A DNA stretch of 63,979 nucleotides, filler included, from Basidiobolus ranarum (Eukaryota): assembly GCA_040143965.1 (NCBI GenBank). It is 4 parts of 4 records of this genome, joined end to end, with 100 filler letters (N's around TTAATTAATTAA, not from the genome) between each part and the next. Parts side by side here need not be neighbours in the genome. Positions count along the whole stretch, not along the records: positions 1 to 16,108 come from JASJQH010007229.1; positions 16,209 to 32,269 come from JASJQH010007230.1; 2 more parts are not named here. One strand, written 5' to 3'. This document shows positions 13,276 through 25,841 of this stretch, in pieces. A program made the position numbers and the translations under genes. Under the pieces are notes generated by a model, which saw only the letters and a program-made list of their open reading frames with translations, was not told the DNA's origin and searched no databases. Position 1 is the first letter of the stretch, and each line of letters starts with the position of its first letter.

Positions 13276-13761
13276 ATGACCATCTTAACAAGAAGTCTAA
13301 TTGTCAGTGTCAGACCTGTCTTCAGTCGTTCTCTACATGCTTCTACCAAGGCATTTTCGGCGAAGAGTAGTAAAATCCCTGCTCCCAGAGGTAATATCTT
13401 ATGGATTCATTTGGGTGACTTTGTTGTAGAATTAACCCTCTCCCCATTTTAGGCGAGTTCCAAGACCCAAAGAGTTTTTTGAACAAGATTCGTCGTGGTT
13501 GTGACGAAGTTGCTGACAAATTTAAGGTGAGTTTTCGGTGCTGTATATGAAGTCAATGGACCTGTCTCTTGTTGACACAACAATAACCACCGATACAATT
13601 TTCAGGACTGGGATCATCTTTTCACTGCTACTCGAAATGAGATGAAACACGAGATGGGCTTGACCCCACAACAACGTAAATGGGTACTTAAATGGACCGA
13701 ATTATATAGACAAGGAGTTAATCCTTATCATATCCCCAAACCAGTCAAGAAGAAGAGTTAA
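13276..13761 (+). CDS. FYV4: Mitochondrial ribosomal protein mS41 / Fyv4 (IGR-motif SAM-like protein); not in the ORF track
   Basis: Three exons translate to presequence + IPAPRGEFQDPKEFLNKIRRGC..KFKDWDHLFT...QRKWVLKWTELYRQG. Confidence 0.8.
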
Positions 13762-14265
13762 ACAAATATGGTTATGAGTTCCTATTTTACCTTATTCATA
13801 CACTCTATCCTATATATTCTACGTTTCTTCGACTCACATTGCATTTTGAACTTCAACTGGATTCCGTTATCATAGAATCAATAAAATATGGAATAGATTC
13901 AAATCATCCCAAATTTCTCTATCCCTTTCCCTTTTGCTTCAAGATTCCTTTGGAATTACTAATAGTGTGATATTTATCCTTGGTTTGAATAAATCCTCAA
14001 CTTGGAAATCAAACTTAAATAAACGACATCTCTCGAAAAACCAGTGAGAGTTGCGCGGTTTATTTAGACAAAAAAAAAGGAGAAAGTAATGGGTGAAGAT
14101 GTAGTTAGAAAGCATGAAGAAGACGCAGTATATTTTTCGTTCGAAACATAACCAAGACAACCAATGCCCCATTCAATAGTAAAGAGAAGGTTAGTGTATA
14201 GATAAGCCTTGGGTTACAAAGAAAGGGAAAATGGATCTGGCTCTGATTGCTAGTAGAATGCTTAT

Positions 14266-15805
14266 TTAGAGAGCCAAATCCCAGATTACTAAACGACCAT
14301 CTTTAGCGCTAGTAGAGATTTGCTTAACATCGTCACGATCTCCAGAATATACGCGCATTTGAATAATCGAATTTTGATGGGTGGTTTTAAGTTCGGTGGG
14401 TTGGCTCGATCCAGAGGAAGATCCGCGGATATCCATCTGACGGAATTTATTGAATGCCGAAGAAACCGAGAGATCCTTACGCTCATGTCCCTCATCTAAA
14501 GATTTGACGAACTTCCAACCGTCAGCATCTCCCTGGAAGAGAACAGGACAACAGTCATGTCCGGCAGCAATGATTTTATCTTCAGCAGCCCAAACCATGG
14601 TCAAATAAGGAAGATTGTTGGTACGAATGTTAACGAGATAGTCGTGACCAGGGTAAGCGATGGATAAGCTAGCATCGTGACCTTGAAAATGACATATAGA
14701 CCCTGGTTAGAAACCATATGGAAAAAGGAATGACCTCACTTCACTCACCTAACCAAGCGATACCATCACCACTGGGTGAGAAGGCGACACTATGGATCCA
14801 ACCACCGCAAGGGTTAGTGAATTCCCCACAGAGAGTGTTGAAAGGAAGTTTCTCTCCCCACACACTAGGAGAGGGCCTTCGAGAGAAAAATAGATGAATA
14901 AAATTTTCATTACATTAACGGTGAAAGAATCTTTAAAACTGACTTTTGATCAACTCCTTTAATATAAGCGGAGAAAACACGAGCCTACAAAAGAGAACTA
15001 TGAAAATGCAATTCAGTTTGAATAGACTGTTAACCAGGGGTTTTACCTTCATGTCGGCAGAACCAGCGGCTAAAAGAACATTGTTAGGATGCCAATCTAA
15101 GGACAATACAGTAGACATGATGGGCTTCTTGATATGCTTGGACACCCACCAATCGTTGTCTTCACCAAAGTAGCAAACAGAGATACATCTGGAACCACTG
15201 CCAACTGCGAATTTATCCTCAAAAGGACTCCACTTGACACAGGTGGCAGCACGATTCAAACGAAGATGAACCAATGTAGGCTTCCAGTTCTGACCATCGA
15301 AATTCCAAACATAGGCATTCTTATCTTGGGAGCAAGTAACAATACGGTCAGATTCAGGGGCCCAATCGATATCAGTGACGAGTAAATCATGCTGCATAAA
15401 ATAGAAAAAAAGGTATATTTGAGGTTATTTAAGTGAAACTGAACAACAAGAGCTGAACCCCATAAAGCTTGGTCTACTCTTTGTTAGCGACATCAAAGGG
15501 GAGGAAATAGCAAACCTCAGTCAAAGTATGGGTTTGAGTCCATTGGTTACCATCCTTTTTGTAGATGTGAACGATGTTAGTGTTGGGACAAACAGCGACC
15601 TCTATATTGAAGAAAAATGGATTAGCGAAGATCTAGAAATGTGTTTCTAGGTAGTGGGATTTTCCGCCATGCACGGAAGAATATAAACGAGGAATTGTTC
15701 ATCTCCGCTTTTACTTAAGAAAATAGGCTACATACGGCTTCTATCTTTGTTGAACGCGTGACAGGTCACTGGAAAAGGAAAGGTAAAGGACTTGGGAGTA
15801 GCCAT
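14266..15805 (-). CDS. ARC40: Arp2/3 complex 41-kDa WD40 subunit (ARPC1)
   Basis: [58 protein letters not shown] at 15805 and several introns. Confidence 0.95.
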
Positions 15806-16108
15806 TTGTATATTTGAAAGCTATGACAATAGTTGATAAAAATCGAAGATAGTAATAAACGATTAAAGGGTGGAACAAAATGGTATTATGCTACTTGTTG
15901 AAAGCCTGACTTCCGGGTACGATTTTCTCGAGATTCAAAATTCGAGGGATGCTTAAATTATTAGTATTGCATTTGCTTACGTGTGTATCCGCTTGGAAGG
16001 ATTTCGGCTATTCATAATCAAATTAGTTGTTTGATTAAATCAAACGTCAGCTAACTAAATCACTTGAGAACAGAAAATTCAAATTGCTGTTGTAAACTTT
16101 GTTCTACT

Positions 16109-16208
16109 NNNNNNNNNNNNNNNNNNNNNNNNNNNNNNNNNNNNNNNNNNNNTTAATTAATTAANNNNNNNNNNNNNNNNNNNNNNNNNNNNNNNNNNNN
16201 NNNNNNNN
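16109..16208. other. Artificial contig linker (N44-TTAATTAATTAA-N44)
   Basis: N runs flanking a six-frame stop linker. Confidence 0.97.
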
Positions 16209-16389
16209 CCAATTTCACCAACTTCGTCACTCTTGTGGCTGCCATTCGTTTGGGTAAGTTTACTATCACATTTTATATACATTGCGTAGATCTAGAGATT
16301 TCTCCTGTAACTTTGCTAAACTCACTACTAACCTTTCTATACTATGTGTAGTGCCTTTCGTTATCGAATATGCCCAGAAACTTTTATAA
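16209..16389 (+). CDS. TOM5: 3' end of a Tom5-like mitochondrial import receptor subunit (truncated by the linker)
   Basis: Spliced across intron 16254-16351: NFTNFVTLVAAIRLVPFVIEYAQKLL*, matching the Tom5 C-terminal pattern (NF..VA.LR..PF). Confidence 0.6.
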
Positions 16390-17338
16390 ACCGTTCTATT
16401 TCCAGCATTTTATTTTACTATCAACAACCAATTCTTGTAGTTTAGCTTCCAAAGACCCGGGTTTGTTAGAAGAATATTAGTAAAAAAGCCCCTTTCAAAG
16501 CATCAATTAAAGTCTACTGTATGTCCATTTATGGAGCAAATCCAAGTGTACTTGAATATTCATAGGTTTTGTGACCTCTTGATTCAGAAAGATTAAATAT
16601 GATGACATTAACGCAAGTGAGAAGTGCAAGTGTGTGCGAAATTAAATATGAGATTCGCATGCTAAAGAAGGTTCAACCTTTAAGCTTATCTCTAGCTACT
16701 AAACCATGTTCAATGGATACCGAACATCAAGCTTCAGAAATGTGTAAGCTGCGACGATTTAGATTGTGAATACGTGCCAGATCCACACCCGATCTATACA
16801 TGAACAACTTCACATCTACAATCCCTTCTCTGTCTTGTGCCCTCCGTACTGTGTCACTCCTATCTTACTACTATAAATATATATTTGAGTACATTGATCG
16901 ACTTTTTCGAGGTGAATTTCTTAATCAAGGTAGGAAGCTCTTATTGGTAAGTCTTACCTCATCCTATTTTCACAACTTGATTGAACGCTTTTTGCCTGGA
17001 TTACTGTTGGTTAGTTAAACTTTAGCTCTTGTTTCAACACTTGAATACAAAACCACCAATTTATCGAAATACCCTTCCCTTTTCCGCATTACCTTTGTAG
17101 TAAAGACTAGATAGCCTGATTTATTGGTAAGCTTACCTTTTACACCCACACGCACACATATAAAGCTATTCGAAGTATTTACATCAACGTTTGAATCCCC
17201 CTCTCCCGAGTTCCCTCCTTTTCGTCCTCTACAAAGGGGTGACTTACTAATGTGGTTTATTTTACTTATTTATAGTTCATCTTGATTCCAGCCATAACCT
17301 TTAGAAAAGTTTTTCCACACAATACATAAGTGAAAGAA

Positions 17339-18882
17339 ATGAAGCACCCAAAACTTAATCTTGGCATGATGGGGAAAGGACTTGGTGGATTACCTGCTTT
17401 ACCACCAGGTCCTTCTCCATTTGCCAATTTCTCCAAATTCGTGTAAGTGTAACTTTCTATTTGAATTTAACTTAACCAACACTTCAAACAAGTTACTTAT
17501 AAAATATTACGTAGTGACCCTTCTGGTAAACTGAACTTCAGTGGAAAGGCAGTTCTTCACGCTCAAGGTGTTGATTTTAGTAATGGAAATAGTTATAAAA
17601 TCAATATCGACGAGTTAGTATTGGAAGAAGAACTCGGTAAAGGACAATATGGTGTTGTTCAACGAGTATTCCATAAACCAACCAACGTGACCATGGCTAT
17701 GAAGGTTTGAACATAGTAAACCCATCTAGTTAATTGAATCTAATGAAATTTATTTCTCTCACTCACTTGGATACTATTAGGAGATTCGTCTTGAATTAGA
17801 TCAAGCGAAATTGAATCAAATCTTAATGGAGCTGGATGTATTGCACAAGTCACAATCACCTTATATTGTGGAATTTTATGGGGCTTTCTTTATAGAGTCT
17901 TGTGTGTACTATTGTATGGAGAATATGGATTGTGGTTCATTGGATAAATTGTATCATGAAGGAGTATCTGAAGATGTTTTAGCCAAAATCACTTTATCGG
18001 TATGTGAGGGATCCTTATCATATTATTTTCCATACAACTATTCACCTTTCCTTCTGAATTCTAGATAACCAAAGGTCTGAAATTTTTAAAGGATGATCTT
18101 TCGATCATTCATAGAGGTATTTATTCACTGAGTGGTTATTATTAAGAGAGATCGGATATCTAATGTTCTTCTTTTCAGATGTCAAACCAACGAATGTTCT
18201 GGTTAATTCAAAGGGACAGGTGAAACTCTGTGATTTTGGTGTGTCTGGACAATTGATTCAATCGCTTGCCAAAACCCACATAGGATGTCAGAGTTATATG
18301 GCGGTAAGTAGGCAAAGTACCTCCAATGGAGTGTTTATTCCAAACTAATCAACAGCCACCATTAGCCTGAAAGAATCACCTCCAGTACCACGGAATCCTA
18401 TACAGTCCAATCGGATGTTTGGTCTCTTGGACTTTCCATCCTTGAACTAGCACTGGGAAGATATCCTTACCCTTCGGAGACTTTTGATTCACCATTTGCT
18501 CAAATTAGAGCCATTGTTGCTGGAAATCCTTTACCACTTCCAGAGGAGAGTTTTTCAGCGGATTGCCGAGATTTTGTCGCTCAATGGTGAGACATTTAAG
18601 AAATTTCCGAATGAATTATCCATCAATTTATCAAATTTCTAATCTTTCTTTTTTCTTCTTTTCATTCTAGTCTTATTAAAAATCCCAAAGTAAGACCCAA
18701 TTACTCCGAATTATTGGTAAGTATTTGTTAATCATTCAAATGAGAATGAATTATCTTGATTAAATTCCAAACTACTTTCTTAGGCTCATCCTTGGCTTCA
18801 AAAATATGAATCCACTGAAGTAGATATGCAGAGTTGGGCTCAAGAAGCTAATCGTAAGCGTAAGGAGAAGGATAGTCATTAA
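17339..18882 (+). CDS. PBS2: MAP kinase kinase Pbs2/Wis1 (HOG pathway)
   Basis: [55 protein letters not shown]; Pro-rich LPALPPGP near the N-terminus; seven introns. Confidence 0.9.
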
Positions 18883-19863
18883 ATTTTCTCCAATTTCTAC
18901 ACACATACCTCTACTCTTACTCTTACTCTCTCCCAAACTCACACATCCTCACGCACCCATATCCTCACCAAAATTCAAACCTATTGAATCTGATCTATAT
19001 TTACTTTTTTACCTCTTTCACTCACCCAACCACACACTACTTTACCTTTACCTTTGCCTTCACCTTGGATATTTCTATATTTAAGTATCACTCTCTCCCA
19101 AACCCAAATCAGCCCAAGCAAATCCCAAAAACACCACTCAAGATGATTAAAAAGCCCAAATGATTATATCATTAACATTACCATCACCATTACCATTAGC
19201 ATTATCGAAAAGAATATTTTCAAGAAATATTTATAGGGAATAGAAAATTGGATAAAAATTAAAAGAGAAATCCAAATTCTATCCAATATGTTCATTTCCC
19301 TAGTACTTTTAATCTACACTTGTACCTGTTCCATTTCAATTGATTGAAAAATCACTAATTGATTTAGTAAAAAGAAATGAATTTTTTTCAAGTGAAAATT
19401 CTCAATAAGTATGTCTTATTGTTATGGTATCTTCGTAATCATGGAATTTTTATATAAATTTGTTTCGGGTAGTGATCAAATTATGGTTGAAATAGAAACT
19501 TGGATGGAATCGATAAATTTTTCTATTTAGTGAATTCTTCCTCTAAAAGTATTGATGATGAGGGGTAAAGAGTAGAGATTCAAGGTATCAAGAATCTACT
19601 CATGATTTAATTAATGTGATGTGAAAAGGGGGGGGGGTTAGTTTGGGAATGGAAACAAAAAGGATCAATTAATGAGAGATATTATGAGAATCAAGTGGAA
19701 GTGGCAACATTTGGTGAGTATGTGAAAAACTAAATGAACCAAGTAAATTATCTTCGAAATCTATTAAGAAAATACATGATTAAAAAAGTAAAGGTATAAA
19801 AGTATTAAATGAAAAGATGTATCTCATTTCTAAGAACTCTTGGAGTTCTGGTGGGGATGGGTA

Positions 19864-22496
19864 TTACTCAGATTCGGTAGAACTTAAATGATCTCTACAT
19901 AACTCATAGACACTCTCATCGTCTATTTCAAGCTCAGCTAGGTCGGGAATGACTGATTCATATAAAGCCCCCTTTTCCCCTATCTTTTCTGTTATCACTT
20001 CGTTGGTTCCAGCCCATCGAAAGGTATTTGATTGAGTTAAGCCATCTAACCCATCGTCAGTCAGACTCGAGAATGTAGCGGGGGCAGTTACTGATCTTTG
20101 AGATTGTCGCAGGGGGCTTGGAATAAACACATCAGAGTTGGGTTGTCGTTGTCCATTGGAAAATGATTTGCCAATCTCTTCGGACTTGGGTGAAGACTCT
20201 AAAGCTTGTTGAAGTGAATCTGCGTATGTTTGATATTTAATCAATTCACGCAATAAATATTGTGATTTTCGCTCCCAGTTTGAAAATGATCTAGTCATAT
20301 TAGAAGATTTGGGTGAAAACTAAACGAAGGTTATTTGTCGCGTGTTAGTAGCGTAATTAGCAAAATGAAAGTCTACATATTGTAAACTAAGTACCCGTTG
20401 AAAAATTATACTTCTTAGCTCCATGTGTTCAGCGAGCTCTTTTTCCAGGGATTTGTTGTACTGGACTAAGGTTTGAAGTTGAAGGTGCTAGGAATGATAA
20501 AGCCAAATTAATATACAAGTTATAGAACAAATCTTCAAAATTTGACATACTTCACTCAAGCCTGATCTTATCATGGGATTAGTAGGTTGAACCCACTCGT
20601 TAATTGAAGCATGATCATCATAACCAACCGGTAAACGGATATCAATCGAAAGCTTGCTCTTTGGTTCAAAGTGCTTTTTCCAGCCGTAATCAATATTACA
20701 CACACCGCCAGACAGGGGTTCTTTAGATTCTCTAGCAGCCCAGTAATTACACACATTAACCCATTCCTGGATGTGATCACGGGATCCCGTTTGAAACAGA
20801 TAAACACCTCCATTGGGAAGCTGAACAGCAAAGACATATGGTCGGGAAGGTGAGTACCCAGGAGATGGGAGAGCAATGGTTAGACTGTGGCGAAGTGATA
20901 TATGACCCATCTGCATTGCAATATCCTAAAAATTCAACTAAAGGTTAGCAAAAAGTCACTGGATATCAATCGTGACTACGAAAGAATCACCGTAAGCTCA
21001 CTGCCATCGCCTCCTAGACGTCCTTTGACAGCTTTAAACATCTTCAAATCTCCGCGATCTACCACCACAAAACAGTTCTTCCATTGACGATTTTGGGCTT
21101 TTTTACTGGTTCGCTCGAATAGATGTTTACGTATTAGCATTCCAGATTTGAAATATCCAGCAGTCTCTGATTTTGGAGAAGCTATTGTTGGCTCAATTTT
21201 ACTTTTAGGTAAGGGTGAGTCAGCTGGTCCCACATTGCTACTTCCCGTATGGAAAATGTTTCGACTATCACATTTATAAAAACTGGGTGTAGAGGGCCTC
21301 GAGCTAAGTTTACTTTTAACTTTTCTCAAAGTGTGAACTGATTGAGATCTTGTTAGACCGAGGTTTCCGATCATACCCATCGAAGAGGATCTACGCCTAG
21401 ATTTATACTCGAAAGGTTGTGGGATTTGATTATGTTTTACTGAAGAATACATCTCTTTCAATAACGTAGTAAGATCATCTCCACTGAAACTTGTGCGGCT
21501 ACTTAGGCTGATGTGATCACTGTCTAAACCAAAGCTACTAGATCTACTAGAGAAATTGGTTTTACTGCTAACTGACCCCAATGTAATTTCGCTAGTTGAA
21601 TCAGACAAAGAGCATGCCTGGACTGTGGCTAGCGTATTTTTGACAAAATCGTGTTTTGAAATTTTGTTGTTAATATGAGCCACGTGGAGATCGGTGTTGA
21701 GTAACAGTAAGGAATACACAATGGTATATACAGTATCTAGAATATGTTATATAGGGAGACATTGTTTGAGCCTTTGGGAGATGGAAAGATGATGGGTACA
21801 CATCAACATACCTTGATTAGGAAAAGCCCCATTACGATTACACTCCCAGTATCTCCGAGCAAACTGCTCTAGAATCTTGTCAATAGTTTGTGACTCTCCT
21901 CTCAGGAAAAGTTTCGAGCAAAAATGGCTAGAATAAAGGATGGTAAGACATATGCCGATGTAGTTGCAGGATACACCATCAATACAATACCGAAAAGCAT
22001 CCTCGAGTCTCATTCTTGCAAAATCAAAATGATTCATATATTTTTCCAGAGTTAAAACATTAAGCTCTCCCCTAATAATTCAATTAGATACCAATGATGA
22101 AGACTAAAAATATAACATAAAGGGTTACCGTTTTCCAAGAAATTGAGCAACGTCTTCCTTTTTAAACAAATCCTTATCGTCTAAATACAATCGTTTGGCA
22201 ATGATATCAGCTTCCTGTTCAATTCTCAAACCGGGCGCGAGCTCGTCAAGGAACGTATCATCGTTAAAAATAGCAAGGGAATCTTTGATAAAGTCCGTAC
22301 GCGCCTTCTCATCTTTAGGTATAGAAGCCACGCAAGAATCCTGCCGAGGTATTGACCGCAGAGGCTAAACTTTTATTGTTAGATACTATAAATAAACGTA
22401 ACTTTGATAAATATATACCTCTAAATCAAAGTCTGAACATAGAAATCTATTGACAGGTGGTTCTGTAACGATTTCGGAGGGTTGGAGAATAGACAT
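19864..22496 (-). CDS. Arf guanine-nucleotide exchange factor, Sec7 + PH domain (Yel1/Syt1/EFA6-like)
   Basis: LRGESQTIDKILEQFARRYW, YSLLLLNTDLH (Sec7); WKNCFVVV, LRHSL..ALP.PGYS..RPYVF, CNYWAARESKEPL (PH and following region). Confidence 0.88.
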
Positions 22497-23545
22497 AAGA
22501 CGTCAGAGGTAAATTTAGGCGAGAACGTTGAATAGCAGTTCAAGATCTTGACAATTTAACCTTGCTGGTGGTCACGTATAGTAGAGCCAGAGTCGATATA
22601 GAAATATCGCGTCGTGAGAAGTATAAGTTGAGTTCACAAAATATAGAATATACGGATTACTATACGTCGATAAAGATGTCTGTTCAACAGTTTATTTCGG
22701 ATAGTCGATGTGTACTGGATACTTTAAAAAAGTTGAAGAACTGATAAAGGGAAGCAAGAGTTATAAGAAGAGATTTTCTAAGTAAAGGGGTAAGCAAGTT
22801 TGTGGAGTAATTTTAGACTAACAAGTATATAACTGATGAAGAGAAAGGGGGCAATTCGCTGTTCACAGACCTGTTAGAAAAGGGCCATTTAGATTAAATG
22901 CTAATATTGTTAGCTGGTATTTTTGGAAAGATTCGATTTCATTAAACATAATCATCAAATGAGGTTAATCGGTGAGTTATTACTGTGAATTGAGTTAACA
23001 AAAAAGGAAAGCCTTTAAGTGATGATGGTGGCGAAAAGGATTAATTAGCTTTGTGTACCTTGAAGTGAAGCATGTGGTACATAAATCTCAACCCCAAGTG
23101 AGGTTGATCAAAAAATAGTCAATGAAGCAAACGCACATAAAATCAGTCGAGTGTATCTAGTGGAGATTGGATCATCTTTACACCGTATTTTGATTAGGGC
23201 TAAGGAAACGTTGCTCTCTAGCTGATCTACAGATGAATATTCGACAGACCAGGTGAGGATAAATTAAGCAAGCTGCAGCATCTCCTTTGGACACTAATTG
23301 ACACGCCTTCAGTGCATCGATGATCACACTTTGAGCATTCCTGCTTTGGTATATAGCACTACCTAAGAAACGACACTGAATGCATGTATTTTAGGTCTCT
23401 TGGTACATAAATACATTAACCCTCTCTGATCAGGTTCTAAAAAGCAGCCAGAGTATTGGAGTACTCAAGAAATAGAGTGTTTGGGAGGCTGTATGTGGAT
23501 AGTTGTTACACTTGTTGTTTAAACCACATGTATATAATTATGATG

Positions 23546-23585
23546 ATATAAAAAGAACACTGCTTATATAAAAAGAACACTGCTT
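23546..23585. repeat. Perfect 20-bp tandem duplication ATATAAAAAGAACACTGCTT x2
   Basis: Read directly in the sequence. Confidence 0.9.
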
Positions 23586-25430
23586 GATTCATATTGTAAA
23601 ACTTGACTTATCCGAGGATGGAAGTGTCTTTCCTCGTACTATTAAGATTTCTCTAGGATAGGTCAACCATAGCAAATAGTCATTACATGCTTATGAGATT
23701 CGAATATTACTTCTCTATTGGCATCTTGGATATCCTCCTCTTCCATTTCCTATATTCACATAATCTTTAGACACACAATTTTCCTCCACTTTATGCTGTG
23801 CGACACGCATGGACGAACCGTGGCACAGAGACGTCACATACGCTATATTCATTTTCATTTTATTTGCCACCGAAACAAATACAAACATAACCTTCAAATT
23901 TGCTCGTTATGGCCCTCTAAAGCATGAAAAAGGACACTCTTAGTGCAGCATTTGTAATCACTCCTATCTATTTGTTATTGTTGTTACCCGGATGATTACA
24001 TATCTTTAAGGTGAAGGTTATCGAATAAGAGCCAAGGAGGGCCTAATGACTTAGTCAACTGTTTGTTCAGCGACCGGTCCTTGCCATTTCAGAATGAGGC
24101 AGTCACAAGGGTAAAGTGGCTCGAAATCGCAACAGAATGACCAGATTAGGTATTCCACTTCCTAAATGGAGTATTTGACCTGGATGAAATATAATGACTA
24201 TACCGAGGATACTGCCTATTGCACTCTCCACATTGCGCAAAACCCCTTGCAATTGAAGGCCTAGAAAGGAACACGTGCGGCTCTTCCGTACCTCGTCTCA
24301 ACTCTGTTTATATTTGTCCTTACCCTTCTGCTCTTAAATCAGATATGGATCCGCCGCTTTTAGAGAATGACGCCTTGCATCTAAATACATGTCCATGTTA
24401 CAATCACAGAAGAGAAGGGTTTTCTCGAACTATGCATCTATCACTCATCAGAAGCCAAGCAAAGTGGCATCGAATTGCCAATAGTGGAAAGATGTGTATC
24501 TCAATGAGTCATCCATGTTCACTACACATGGCCAAATCAGAATGTCGATAATTAAAAGTCAAAAGGGATGATTAAATGAATAAGGTAAATAGATATGCCG
24601 ACACGAATAAGATTGTTTTGCCTCACAAAACCTAACCATTCTTTTTAGTACAATGAGCGCAACAATATACCCAATATGCTGAATTCCACATCAATGTTTA
24701 GCCCAGTTCACGATAAGCTTGAAGGAACCCAGATTGGATTTGGGAAATGAGGAAGGGGGAGTATTCATATATCAGACATGTTTTAGATGTAGATACTCAT
24801 TTAGTTGGCATATGTTTGATATAGAGAGAAAGGAGTTCCCTAATAATGATTTGCTGTAACGAGACCATAGAGTGTTGTTCCATTTCTTGGGCAAAGTATA
24901 TGACCTCATCCCCACTGCAGCGTCTTCTCTTCCTTTCCAGCTGTTAATCGGACGGATATCGATTTGATCAATCTATATCGAAATATATCTTGCAAACGTC
25001 AACTATGCATTGTTTTCAACCTTTGTAAATGGAAAGAGGTGACTCTGTCAGATCACCTGGATCCACCTCAAATAGATGGTCGATTATTCTACACGTCTAT
25101 TTTCCCATAATTGGCTGGGTAATTGACGAATGTCGAGACAATTGCTTCATAAAGTCCAAATATGAGGTGATTTGAGTGGTAAAATATATGCAGAAGTTGC
25201 GATATCGATGTTTGACTGTAAAAATTTATTAATTTAGCAGCAATGATGTAGAGTACACAAAGCTTTCTGTAAGATGGTAGCTTCAATTTTAGTATTTAGA
25301 TTTTCGAGATGGGTTATTTACATTCTAAGTAGTGTAGTGTACAACAAATAATGACAGTAGATCCTCGAGCGCAAGATGATAACATGTGAGGAAACGCATG
25401 ATGAGTGTGTGGCAAAAGATGGGGTAGACT

Positions 25431-25841
25431 TTAGCAGGTCAGAAGATGAGAGTCATCCATGAATTGTCGGTAACTTTTGTCCAATAATCCGGCGAGACGA
25501 GCAAAATCCACCTTTTGCTCTTGTGTATAACACTCCAGTGAAGATTGAGATACGAATGTCTCCAATTCTTGGACTTCCTCGGAGGTAATGCAATAACTAC
25601 ATACACTCGACTTGTCCATGACTTCAAGGTAATTTTTGTCAAGTAGCCCAGAAAGGCGTGCAAAATAAGTTTTGTCTTCTTCGGAATAATTGTCCAGTGT
25701 GGTACGAGAGATAAATGTCTCTAATTCACGAAGAGATTCTTTATGTTCAGATTTGACGTGAGACCTCGTTTGACCAGATTTGCTTTTGGTCTGGTTCTTT
25801 GAATGAAAGAAGGAATCAAGGAGTTTCTGAAAATTGGGCAT
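25431..25841 (-). CDS. Orphan 136-aa protein made of two ~50-aa internal repeats
   Basis: ELETFISRTTLDNYSEEDKTYFARLSGLLDKNY versus ELETFVSQSSLECYTQEQKVDFARLAGLLDKSY; TATA-like CTATATAAAG ~110 bp upstream of the ATG. Confidence 0.75.
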   Translation of the reverse strand: MPNFQKLLDSFFHSKNQTKSKSGQTRSHVKSEHKESLRELETFISRTTLDNYSEEDKTYFARLSGLLDKNYLEVMDKSSVCSYCITSEEVQELETFVSQSSLECYTQEQKVDFARLAGLLDKSYRQFMDDSHLLTC

